Below, in pieces: positions 1-7,764 of a DNA stretch of 56,698 bases (positions within the stretch are counted from its first letter, which is position 1; every line of letters starts with the position of its first letter). The DNA is from a virus (lineage: Duplodnaviria; Caudoviricetes), in the IMG/VR virus record IMGVR_UViG_3300042698_000010, positions 1-56,698 of that record. One strand, written 5' to 3'. The notes beneath the pieces are model-generated. The model did not search any database, was not told the origin of the DNA, and saw only the letters and a program-made list of their open reading frames with translations. Position numbers and translations under genes: made by a program.

Positions 1-127
1 GATGGACGCGGTCGACAGCGAGGCTGCCACGCTGTTCGTCAAGATCGAAGGCAAGCTGGCCTTCCAGCCGGTCACCGCGGCGCGGCGCCTCATGGACCGG
101 GCCCCGGCCGCCATCACCGCCGAACGC
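1..127. repeat. Terminal direct repeat, copy 1 (assembly overlap of a circular or circularly permuted genome)
   Basis: 1..127 is identical to 56572..56698; the 127-nt length is typical of a k-mer overlap; an ORF reads through the junction. Confidence 0.95.
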
Positions 128-1546
128 AACATCGCGATGTACCGGAACGGCGTCTACGGCGTCCACCAGGACGACGTGCTGGCAGCCTTCGTGGGCATGC
201 TGGGCAACTTCTACAGCCCCGGTCACATGAACAGCGCACGGGACGCGCTGATCGGCCAGCTGCACCTGGACGGGCTTCGTCTTCCCGAGCGCATGACCGA
301 GCCGCTGCTGAACTGCCCCAACGGCATGGTGGACCTGCGGACCGGCCAGCTGCTCGATCACGACCCGGCGTACCTCTCGCACATCCAGGTGACGACCGAG
401 TACGCGCCCGACATGGCGACCCCGGTTTACGATGCCTGGCTGCGCGAGGCGCTGCGGCAGGACGGCCACACGGACGCCGATGTGGAAGCCCTGATCGCTG
501 ACCTGGAAGAGACCGCGGGCACCATGCTGGACCCCACCATGACGCCGTCGAAGGCGCTGTTCCTCTTCGGCCCGTCGCGCTCTGGGAAGTCCACCTTCCT
601 GCGGCTGCTGAAGGCCGTGTCGGGCGCCGTCAACACGTCGGCCGTCACGCTGCACGAGCTGGGCGCCGACCAGTTCGCGACGGCCAACCTCTACGGGAAG
701 ATGCTGAACGTCGCGGCCGACCTGAGCAGCGCCCACGTGGCGGACCTGTCGAAGTTCAAGATGGCGACCGGTGAGGATCTGCTGCACGCGAACCGGAAGT
801 ACGGCCAGCAGTTCAGCTTCACCAATCAGGCGCTGTTCGCCTTCAGTGCCAACGAGCTGCCGACGGTGTCCGAGGCAAGCCGCGCGTACGCCGAGCGCAT
901 GAAGCCCTTCAACTTCCCGAACACCTTCGCCGGACGCGAGGACAAGACGCTGGAAGCCAAGCTGCTGGCCGAGCTGCCCGGCATCCTGGCCCGCTGGGTG
1001 AAGGCCTACGGCCGCTACCTGGCGCGCGGCGGCTACGCACCCACGGACGCGGTCACGCAGGCCATGTTCGAAGCGAAGTCGGACCGCGTGGTCCAGTTCT
1101 TCCAGGACATGTGCACGCTGACCGAGGCGGCGCACGGGGCCCGGCTGTCCGACCAGCAGGCGACCGGCCGCCGTGACGTCGCCGTGGCCTTCAACGCGTG
1201 GGCCGAGCGCAACGGCGGCAGCAAGATGGGCGAGCGCGCGTTCTTCCAGCGCTTCGCCCAGATCACCGGGATCAACGACGTGAAGATCGGCCCGAAGGAC
1301 CGGCGCGGCTTCAACGTCACGGTGGCCCGCGCGGACGAGGACGAGTGGTCCGAGGTCGACACCGAGCCGAAGGCCGACCCGATCCCCGCCTCGGGTGTGG
1401 CCTCTGAGGACGACTGGGCTGCCTACGTCGCGTTTTCCGAGGCGTGCCCGGTCCCCGGTGTCACCGCGGGTCTCAACGAGCCGCAGACGGCCGTACACGG
1501 CGCCGACCCCTTCGGCTCGGGTCTCGGTCTCAACTACGATCTGTGA
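2..1546 (+). CDS. DNA primase-helicase, C-terminal part (D5/P4-type SF3 helicase)
   Basis: LLNCPNGMVDLRTG (D5_N-like), Walker A GPSRSGKS, FSANELP motif C. Confidence 0.9.
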   Translation: MDAVDSEAATLFVKIEGKLAFQPVTAARRLMDRAPAAITAERNIAMYRNGVYGVHQDDVLAAFVGMLGNFYSPGHMNSARDALIGQLHLDGLRLPERMTEPLLNCPNGMVDLRTGQLLDHDPAYLSHIQVTTEYAPDMATPVYDAWLREALRQDGHTDADVEALIADLEETAGTMLDPTMTPSKALFLFGPSRSGKSTFLRLLKAVSGAVNTSAVTLHELGADQFATANLYGKMLNVAADLSSAHVADLSKFKMATGEDLLHANRKYGQQFSFTNQALFAFSANELPTVSEASRAYAERMKPFNFPNTFAGREDKTLEAKLLAELPGILARWVKAYGRYLARGGYAPTDAVTQAMFEAKSDRVVQFFQDMCTLTEAAHGARLSDQQATGRRDVAVAFNAWAERNGGSKMGERAFFQRFAQITGINDVKIGPKDRRGFNVTVARADEDEWSEVDTEPKADPIPASGVASEDDWAAYVAFSEACPVPGVTAGLNEPQTAVHGADPFGSGLGLNYDL

Positions 1547-1646
1547 CCAGGCCGGGTCAGCACGACGGGTGATCGTTCCACCGCGGGGGTTGCATCACAG
1601 CCCCCGCGGTGCTTCACTGGAAGCAACGGAACGGAAGGAAGCGACC

Positions 1647-1847
1647 ATGAGCCGCACGAACTACACGCGCACCATCCTGGCCCAGCTGGCCCTCGGTGAC
1701 TTCGTCGCCGTGGTGACCTTCGGTCTCGGGCGCACCGCCTACTACCACCCGCGCAACGGCCACGACCCGCGCCCCTGGACCGATGGTGCGTCCCGCTACT
1801 CGGGCCGCCAGCTGCACGCCGAGCTGGCCGCCACCGCCCACGCCTGA
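1647..1847 (+). CDS. Hypothetical protein (66 aa)
   Basis: RBS GGAAGGAAG before ATG 1647; GC3-rich codons. Confidence 0.7.
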   Translation: MSRTNYTRTILAQLALGDFVAVVTFGLGRTAYYHPRNGHDPRPWTDGASRYSGRQLHAELAATAHA

Positions 1848-1848
1848 G

Positions 1849-1877
1849 TTGCATCGCAGGTACAGGTCTGCTAGGCT
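1849..1877 (+). promoter_or_regulatory. Sigma70/HrdB-like promoter for the DNA polymerase gene
   Basis: TTGCAT-N17-TAGGCT. Confidence 0.6.
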
Positions 1878-1998
1878 CACCCTGCGGTTGACGGGATGGT
1901 CAACGGCCCCACCTTTTGCCGAAGGTGGGGCCACCCCCGGAAGCCGCGATTCCCGGTATCCGCCACAGCGCGGTCACCCAACCACCGGAAGGAACACC

Positions 1999-4089
1999 AT
2001 GCGCATCCTTGCCTTCGACATCGAGACGGCGGCAGCCGAAGAGCTGCACAGCTACGGCCACGGCTTCGTCCGCCTCTGCGGCTGGCAGTGGATCGGCGGC
2101 CCGGACGCCGCTGGCGTTATGACGAGCCCGGATGCCAGCGGGCTGATCGACGCGATCAACGCGGCCGACGCGCTGACCGCGCACAACGGACTGAACTTCG
2201 ACCTCTTGGCCCTGGCGAAGTGGAACGGCCTGGACTACGAGCGGGCCGCGGTCAAGATGTTCGACACGCTGGTTACCGAGAAGCACCTGGTTCCCGTCGC
2301 TGCGAAGGGCGCGCAGGCCAACGGCTTCTATCAGCTGGGCAACACCGCCGAGCGCTACGGGCTTGACGGGAAGGACACCGTCGACTTCGCCGGGAAGGTA
2401 GAGATCTACCGCCGGATCAAGGGCGACGCGTACGCGGACAAGATGCTGAAGAACCGCGCGGCCGCGCTGGTGAAGGCCGTCGGACGTGAGCTGGACAGCG
2501 ACACCGACTACGTGCGCTACCTGGCTTCCGGTGACATCGAGCGTTGCCACCTGATCCGCGAGGCGACCGAGGCGCGTATCGCGGCCAAGACACAGCCCGC
2601 CGAGACCAGCGTTCTGAAGATCCTGGCCGACGTCTTCGGCGGATTCGACAAGATCCCCGTTGACGACCCGGACTACGTCAGCTACCTGATCAAGGACGTC
2701 ACGGCGCAGGCCGCGCTGTTCGGGGCGCAGCGGGCCGCCGTCGCCCGCGAGGACGCCGCCTCGCAGCGCTACCTTCGCCGCGAGCACTACGTCTCGGCGG
2801 CCATGGGCCGGGTCACCCTGGAAGGCTTCCGCACGGACGTCGACCTCACCATGAAGCGGTGGGCCGAGGGCCAGGCCCGGCTGGAAGAGGCCAAGCAGCG
2901 GCTGCACGAGCAGCACGGCATGCCGCTCGAAGGCGCTAAGCCTCACACCACCAACCCCGGCAAGGCAGCCTTCCGCGCGGCCATCCTGGCGACCGGTATC
3001 CGGGAAGAGGCGCTGGACAGCAACTGGCCGCTCAACAAGGACGGGTCCCTGTCGACGGCGAAGGAAACGCTCACCCGGATGATCGGGGTCTTCGAAGGGC
3101 GCAACACGCCCGCGGCAGAGCTCTGCCGGACCATCCTGGCGATGAACGGCGAGCGGACCGTCTACGGCACCGTCCTGGCCCACCTGGTGGGCGACCGGGT
3201 CCACCCGTACATCGGCCCCGACCAGGCTTCCGGCCGCTGGTCCATGAAGGACCCCGGTTTGACCGTCCTGGGCAAGCGCGGTGGCAAGGCGCGCGAGCGG
3301 GCCATGATGGTGGCCGACGAAGGCGACGTCCTGGTGGCGATCGATGCGGACCAGATTGACGCCCGCATGATCGCCGCGCTGTCGCAGGACCCCGAGTACA
3401 TGAAGCTGTTCGTCCCCGGCGTCGACCTTCACAGTGAGGTGGCGTTCCGCGTCTGGCCGGACATGGGCTTGCACGGCGCCGACTGCCACCAGGTGGTCAA
3501 GCCCGGCTGCGAATGCGGCGTGGTCCGCAAGTGTCACTGCGAGTACCGCGACCGGGCGAAGGTGTTCGGCCACGGGTGGAACTACGGCATGGGTCCCAAC
3601 AGCATGGTCCGTCAGCACGGCGTGGACATTGAGGTGGCCCGCCAGTTCGACCAGGGGATGCAGACGGGATTCCGGCGGCTGTGCGACTGGAAGGCCGAGG
3701 TCCGCGAGGCGGCCGGGGCCGTCGGCTTCGATGAGCCGGTTCCGGCGAACGACAGCTACCGCATCCTGCACACCGCCTTCGGGCGGCCGGTGCGTGTCGA
3801 GCGGCAGCGGGCGTACACGCAGGCCACTGCGCTGGTCGGCCAGGGCAGCACCCGCGACGGCATGGCCGAGGCGATCCTGAAGCTGCCTGCCGCCATCCGT
3901 CGCCGGATCCGGGCGATCATCCACGATGAGATCGTGATCAGCATCCCGGCCGGACCGGATGCGCAGGAACGGGCGCAGGCCATCGCCGACAGCATGGCCT
4001 ATGAGGTCCACGGCGTCACGATCAGCTTCGGGTGCAGCCGTGTGGCGAAGACCTGGGCGGGCTGCTACGGGGCCGAGTACGAAGTCTGA
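1999..4089 (+). CDS. polA: DNA polymerase family A (3'-5' exonuclease plus polymerase, no 5' nuclease)
   Basis: Exo motifs FDIET and HNGLNFD; SGRWS; motif A IDADQIDAR; motif B RDRAKVFGHGWNYG; motif C IHDEI. Confidence 0.92.
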   Translation: MRILAFDIETAAAEELHSYGHGFVRLCGWQWIGGPDAAGVMTSPDASGLIDAINAADALTAHNGLNFDLLALAKWNGLDYERAAVKMFDTLVTEKHLVPVAAKGAQANGFYQLGNTAERYGLDGKDTVDFAGKVEIYRRIKGDAYADKMLKNRAAALVKAVGRELDSDTDYVRYLASGDIERCHLIREATEARIAAKTQPAETSVLKILADVFGGFDKIPVDDPDYVSYLIKDVTAQAALFGAQRAAVAREDAASQRYLRREHYVSAAMGRVTLEGFRTDVDLTMKRWAEGQARLEEAKQRLHEQHGMPLEGAKPHTTNPGKAAFRAAILATGIREEALDSNWPLNKDGSLSTAKETLTRMIGVFEGRNTPAAELCRTILAMNGERTVYGTVLAHLVGDRVHPYIGPDQASGRWSMKDPGLTVLGKRGGKARERAMMVADEGDVLVAIDADQIDARMIAALSQDPEYMKLFVPGVDLHSEVAFRVWPDMGLHGADCHQVVKPGCECGVVRKCHCEYRDRAKVFGHGWNYGMGPNSMVRQHGVDIEVARQFDQGMQTGFRRLCDWKAEVREAAGAVGFDEPVPANDSYRILHTAFGRPVRVERQRAYTQATALVGQGSTRDGMAEAILKLPAAIRRRIRAIIHDEIVISIPAGPDAQERAQAIADSMAYEVHGVTISFGCSRVAKTWAGCYGAEYEV

Positions 4090-4199
4090 CGACTTCGGTC
4101 GTCGGTACGAAGCCTGATCGACTTCACAGCGGGGGTTGCTTCGGCAGCCCCCGCTGTGACATGCTGGGTGTTGCAACCACAACAACGAGAGGCACCGAC

Positions 4200-4850
4200 A
4201 TGATCGTCCCCGTTACGGACCGGCTGGCCGAAGAGCTGGTGACGACGGAAGCATTTATCGAGAAGCTGAAGTCCGAGCGCGTCAACGACCGCACCCACTA
4301 CGGCAGCATCGTGGCCCGGCTGGAATCCCTTGCACTCGCGCTGCTCAGCACCGGTTCCGCCGGTTCGCTGCTGGTGCCGAAGCGGGACGGGGCGCGGCTG
4401 AACCTCGGCCCGAACACGCGGCTGTCAGGCGAACTGTCCGAGACAGCTTCGTACCTCGGTGACACGGCGGCACGGCTGCTGAGCCGCGGCACCCTGAATG
4501 AGTTCAGCACCCTGAATGCCGAGGCGGCCATGGCACACCTGAAGAGTCTCTTCGGTCTCACCGGGACGGCCATCCGGCGCCAGGCTGAAGAGGACCTTCA
4601 CGCGATCCGCGAAGGCGGCGTGAGCGGCCTGCTGGCCGTGGCGCACACCCTGGCCCGGACCGCCGATTCCCCGGCCGGGTCACACGTCGACATCCCGGCG
4701 GAACGCATCACGGTGAAGAACCCGGCTGGCGAAACGGTGGTGGACACCTGGCCGCAGGGCTCGACCGTGCGGGTCAAGCGGCGCGCTACGGCGCCCACCA
4801 CGTCCGCCAGCTCGGCCGGGGACGTGGACGACAGCCTGATCCCCGAGTAG
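4200..4850 (+). CDS. Hypothetical protein
   Basis: RBS GAGAGG; upstream hairpin and TTGCTT-N18-CATGCT promoter-like sequence. Confidence 0.7.
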   Translation: MIVPVTDRLAEELVTTEAFIEKLKSERVNDRTHYGSIVARLESLALALLSTGSAGSLLVPKRDGARLNLGPNTRLSGELSETASYLGDTAARLLSRGTLNEFSTLNAEAAMAHLKSLFGLTGTAIRRQAEEDLHAIREGGVSGLLAVAHTLARTADSPAGSHVDIPAERITVKNPAGETVVDTWPQGSTVRVKRRATAPTTSASSAGDVDDSLIPE

Positions 4851-4853
4851 TTC

Positions 4854-5045
4854 TCAGCACCGCCTCAGGTAATCGCGCGGCAGCGTGGCCAGCTCGGCCA
4901 CCTGCCGCGCTTCCACGCGTACCCACCGGCCCGCGATGCGGTACCGCGTCAGCACCCCGTGGGCGATGAGGCGGTCCACCACGGCGACGTCCACGCCGAG
5001 CGCTGCCGCTGCTTCCTGGCGGCTCATGAACCTGGTCTCTGTCAC
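4854..5045 (-). CDS. Excisionase-like HTH_17 DNA-binding protein
   Basis: FMSRQEAAAALGVDVAVVDRLIAHGVL-x-R-YRIAGRWVRV pattern; probably leaderless after a TATCAT -10. Confidence 0.7.
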   Translation of the reverse strand: MTETRFMSRQEAAAALGVDVAVVDRLIAHGVLTRYRIAGRWVRVEARQVAELATLPRDYLRRC

Positions 5046-5095
5046 TCGTCCATGATAGAGTGGCAACACGGAATCACACAGTGAGAGGCAGCAGC

Positions 5096-6178
5096 ATGAG
5101 CGACACCTTTGACAGCCCGGACGAGTTCGACTCGGCCACCGCCGTGGTTGAGCAGATGGTGGGCAACCTGTCCAGCGACCCGGCCCGGCCCAGCGCCAAG
5201 CGCGGCCGCTACTACCTGCCCAACCCGGACACCGGGAAGACCGCGTCCTGGCAGCGCGTCACCAACTTCGTCAAGCTGACGGACGACACCTACCACCTGG
5301 ACCGGTGGAAGAACCGCAACATCCTGAAGGGCGTTGCGATCCTGTCGCAGACGCGGCCGCAGCTCATGAATGAGCTGGCCGAATCGAGCGTCAAGGCCGA
5401 CAAGGACCGGCTGAACAACATCGCAGACAAGGCCCAGGAAGCGGCCGACGCCTACAAGATGGCCGACGAGGGTACGGCGCTGCACCTCAGCACCGAGCTG
5501 GCCGACTACTCGGGCGGCGACCTGAACCGCGTCCCCGAGCACCACCGCGGCCGCGTGCGGCAGTACCTGGACGCGCTGGCGGTCAACGGCCTGCACGTGC
5601 TGCCGGACATGATCGAGCGCGTCACGGCGTCGACCCGCTACCAGGTGGCAGGGAAGTTCGACCGCATCTTCGGCCTGCGGGACGGCTCGGCCGTGATCGG
5701 CGACCTGAAGACCGGTGACTCGCTCGACTTCTCGTTTCCGTCCATCGCGGCTCAGCTGGACTGCTACGTGGACGGCGTGAACAACGTCGGCATCTTCGAC
5801 GGCGCTCGCTACGGCACCGGCGTCAAGGTGCGCACCGACTTCGCCATCGTGGTGCACCTGCCGTCGACCCGCGAAGAAGTGACCGTGTACGCGGTCGACC
5901 TGTCGCAGGGCCGGATCATCAACGCCGCGAACCTGGAAGTCCGGGCCGCCCGCAAGATCAAGGCGCAGCACGTGGCATGGGTGTTCAACGGCGCCAGCTA
6001 CCTGCCGACGGCCGATGAGCTGGACGCGCACTGGCTGGAAGCCATGAACGCCGTGCACACGCACGATGACCTGGTGGCCGTGGCGCAGCGCGCACGCAGC
6101 TTCGGCCAGTGGAATGAGCGCCTCGCCACTCAGGCCCGTCTTGTGGCCGCCGAGCTGCGCACGGGGGTGCTGTCGTGA
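5096..6178 (+). CDS. PD-(D/E)XK RecB-like exonuclease
   Basis: EGTALH, IERV, AGKFDRI, IGDLKTG and QLDCY motifs. Confidence 0.85.
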   Translation: MSDTFDSPDEFDSATAVVEQMVGNLSSDPARPSAKRGRYYLPNPDTGKTASWQRVTNFVKLTDDTYHLDRWKNRNILKGVAILSQTRPQLMNELAESSVKADKDRLNNIADKAQEAADAYKMADEGTALHLSTELADYSGGDLNRVPEHHRGRVRQYLDALAVNGLHVLPDMIERVTASTRYQVAGKFDRIFGLRDGSAVIGDLKTGDSLDFSFPSIAAQLDCYVDGVNNVGIFDGARYGTGVKVRTDFAIVVHLPSTREEVTVYAVDLSQGRIINAANLEVRAARKIKAQHVAWVFNGASYLPTADELDAHWLEAMNAVHTHDDLVAVAQRARSFGQWNERLATQARLVAAELRTGVLS

Positions 6179-6513
6179 GCGCCTTCGAACGGGTCTGGGT
6201 CGGCGCCATCGGCCGCTGCACCAACCACGGCCAGCTGGAAGAGACCGTCAACGGCGCCATCCGTGCCCGCGCCTACGGCGAGCAGGCCCGCTGGGCCTAC
6301 GTCCAGCGCCTGAACCAGTTGCACACCGAAGAGGTGATACGGCTGGACGAGCGGATCAAGGTTCTTCGCGAGGTGCGCAACGCCGTGGCGTCCGCCGAGC
6401 GCGGGTCACACGATCCGTACCTGTGGGGTTACGGGACCATGCTGGTCCGGAAGTACCTGACGTGGATGCTGGCCGAGGCGCGCCGCGCAGCCGGGCTGGA
6501 ACCGCCGCGGTAG
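6175..6513 (+). CDS. Hypothetical protein
   Basis: GTGA overlap with the exonuclease stop codon. Confidence 0.7.
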   Translation: MSAFERVWVGAIGRCTNHGQLEETVNGAIRARAYGEQARWAYVQRLNQLHTEEVIRLDERIKVLREVRNAVASAERGSHDPYLWGYGTMLVRKYLTWMLAEARRAAGLEPPR

Positions 6514-6546
6514 CCTGCTGGGGCCCGGTTGATACGTGAGTTCACG

Positions 6547-6576
6547 TTGACACCGGGCCTCAGTTACTGGCAGAAT
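6547..6576 (+). promoter_or_regulatory. Promoter for the SSB-like gene and tRNA cluster
   Basis: TTGACA-N18-CAGAAT. Confidence 0.6.
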
Positions 6577-6711
6577 AGAGGCAACGCACAGGGTTCGGAA
6601 GCACCCCGTGCAAGGGTCCGGCGGCCCGGCAGTTCCAAGGTTCCCCCAGGGCTTAGGACAGCAGCGGCCGCCGGACCGGCCACAACGACAGCAGCAGAAA
6701 GAGGTAGCAGC

Positions 6712-7167
6712 ATGAGCCGTGACGAGTTCGACAGCGCGAGCGCGTACGTCGCGATCAAGGACCTGATGGGTGAGCTGGTGCTCTTCACCCCGTCCGAGCA
6801 CGTCGAAGAGGTCCAGACCGACTTCGGTCAGAAGGACGCGGTCCTCACCGACATCGTGGTCCTGTCGCAGGACGGCGCCCCCGAGTTCAACGACGTGATG
6901 ATCTTCCAGGGGTCGCTGATCGGCCAGCTGAAGCGGCGCGTCCCGCAGCGCAACCAGGCCACCGGCCAGGTCATCCGCGAGGGCCGCAAGCTGCTCGGCC
7001 GCATCGGCAAGGGTGAGGCGAAGAAGGGCCAGAACGCCCCCTACATCCTGGTCGACCCGAGCGACGAGGACAAGCAGGCGGCCCGCGACTACCTGGCGGG
7101 ACGCATCGTCGCCGCTGCCGCCCCGGCGTCCACCCCCGCGGCCGAAGACCCCTTCGCGGTCAAGTAG
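6712..7167 (+). CDS. Putative single-stranded DNA-binding protein
   Basis: Strong RBS AGAGG; beta-rich core; Ala/Pro linker and acidic-aromatic tail EDPFAVK; next to the exonuclease. Function is inferred. Confidence 0.5.
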   Translation: MSRDEFDSASAYVAIKDLMGELVLFTPSEHVEEVQTDFGQKDAVLTDIVVLSQDGAPEFNDVMIFQGSLIGQLKRRVPQRNQATGQVIREGRKLLGRIGKGEAKKGQNAPYILVDPSDEDKQAARDYLAGRIVAAAAPASTPAAEDPFAVK

Positions 7168-7228
7168 GCCAGCCCCGGCCCGGTGATCCTGTCGACCCCC
7201 ACTCGGCGGATCACCGGGCCGATGTTCC

Positions 7229-7303
7229 GCCCCCGTAGCTCAGTCTGGCCAGAGCAACCGCGTCGTAAGCGGTCAGCCGCAGGTTCGAATCCTGCCGGGG
7301 GCT
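7229..7303 (+). tRNA. tRNA-Thr(CGT)
   Basis: Cloverleaf: acceptor GCCCCCG/CGGGGGC, D stem GCTC/GAGC, anticodon arm ACCGC-GTCGTAA-GCGGT, T arm GCAGG-TTCGAAT-CCTGC; CCA not encoded. Confidence 0.85.
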
Positions 7304-7305
7304 CT

Positions 7306-7386
7306 GGAAGTCCTGTGTACGCCAAGAGGTAGAGCGGCCCGGTCACGCGGGTGGATGCGGGTGTCCGGACCCGCCACAGGACTTCC
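7306..7386 (+). ncRNA. Degenerate tRNA-like element with a 12-bp extended acceptor stem
   Basis: GGAAGTCCTGTG/CACAGGACTTCC stem; D-like AAGAGGTAGAGCG; CCCG-GTCACG-CGGG arm with a 6-nt loop; GCGGG/CCCGC arm lacking TTCGA. Confidence 0.55.
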
Positions 7387-7388
7387 GC

Positions 7389-7454
7389 GGGACCGCAGCT
7401 TAACGGCCGAGCGGTGTGACGACACAGGTGCGGGTTCGAATCCCGCCGGTCCCA
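7389..7454 (+). ncRNA. tRNA-like RNA with its anticodon loop reduced to a tetraloop
   Basis: Acceptor GGGACCG/CGGTCCC, D stem GCTT/GAGC, GTGT-GACG-ACAC arm, perfect T arm GCGGG-TTCGAAT-CCCGC. Confidence 0.7.
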
Positions 7455-7456
7455 CT

Positions 7457-7537
7457 GGAAGACCGAGACCGTCAACGTAGCGGCCAGAGTATCGGCGAAC
7501 GGGGAACAGTCGCGGCCCCGGTCGGTCTCGGTCTTCC
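7457..7537 (+). ncRNA. Structured element closed by a 15-bp stem
   Basis: GGAAGACCGAGACCG (7457-7471) pairs perfectly with CGGTCTCGGTCTTCC (7523-7537). Confidence 0.45.
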
Positions 7538-7569
7538 GTCCTAGCAGCAGCAGTAGCAGAGAGGTTCCC

Positions 7570-7764
7570 ATGGCCATTACCGAAGGGCGTCGCCTTGACG
7601 TCCGCGCCATCGCGCCGCACCGCGGCGTGTCCGAGCGCCGTAAGCAGTTCGACAAGCACATCGACGACTGCACCGACTGCCAGCCCGTCCTGTGTTCGAC
7701 CGCTCAGGCCATGTGGCGCGGCCTCTGCCTGGCGGCCCTGCGGGCCACCCCCGGCGGTGCGTGA
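7570..7764 (+). CDS. Small Cys/His protein (possible Zn-binding)
   Basis: RBS GAGAGG; H-x3-CxxC-x4-C. Confidence 0.65.
   Translation: MAITEGRRLDVRAIAPHRGVSERRKQFDKHIDDCTDCQPVLCSTAQAMWRGLCLAALRATPGGA

Noticed and set aside
1-127. Terminal repeat as biological phage DTR or att site
   Set aside because: It is exactly 127 nt, falls mid-gene and the ORF reads through, so it is best explained as an assembly overlap
1900-4185. Long antisense ORFs (also 26745-29288, 34114-36453, 20090-21943, 45537-47468 and others)
   Set aside because: Shadow frames of high-GC genes; the opposite strand has clear motifs and RBSs
5096-6178. Cas4 / CRISPR association
   Set aside because: No four-Cys Fe-S motif, no cas genes and no repeat-spacer array seen anywhere in the window
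7337-7350. Reading unit 2 of the RNA array as a tRNA-Sec/opal suppressor (TCA) or a functional tRNA-Asp (GTC)
   Set aside because: The loop is 6 nt, there is no canonical T loop and no long variable arm, so no anticodon can be assigned
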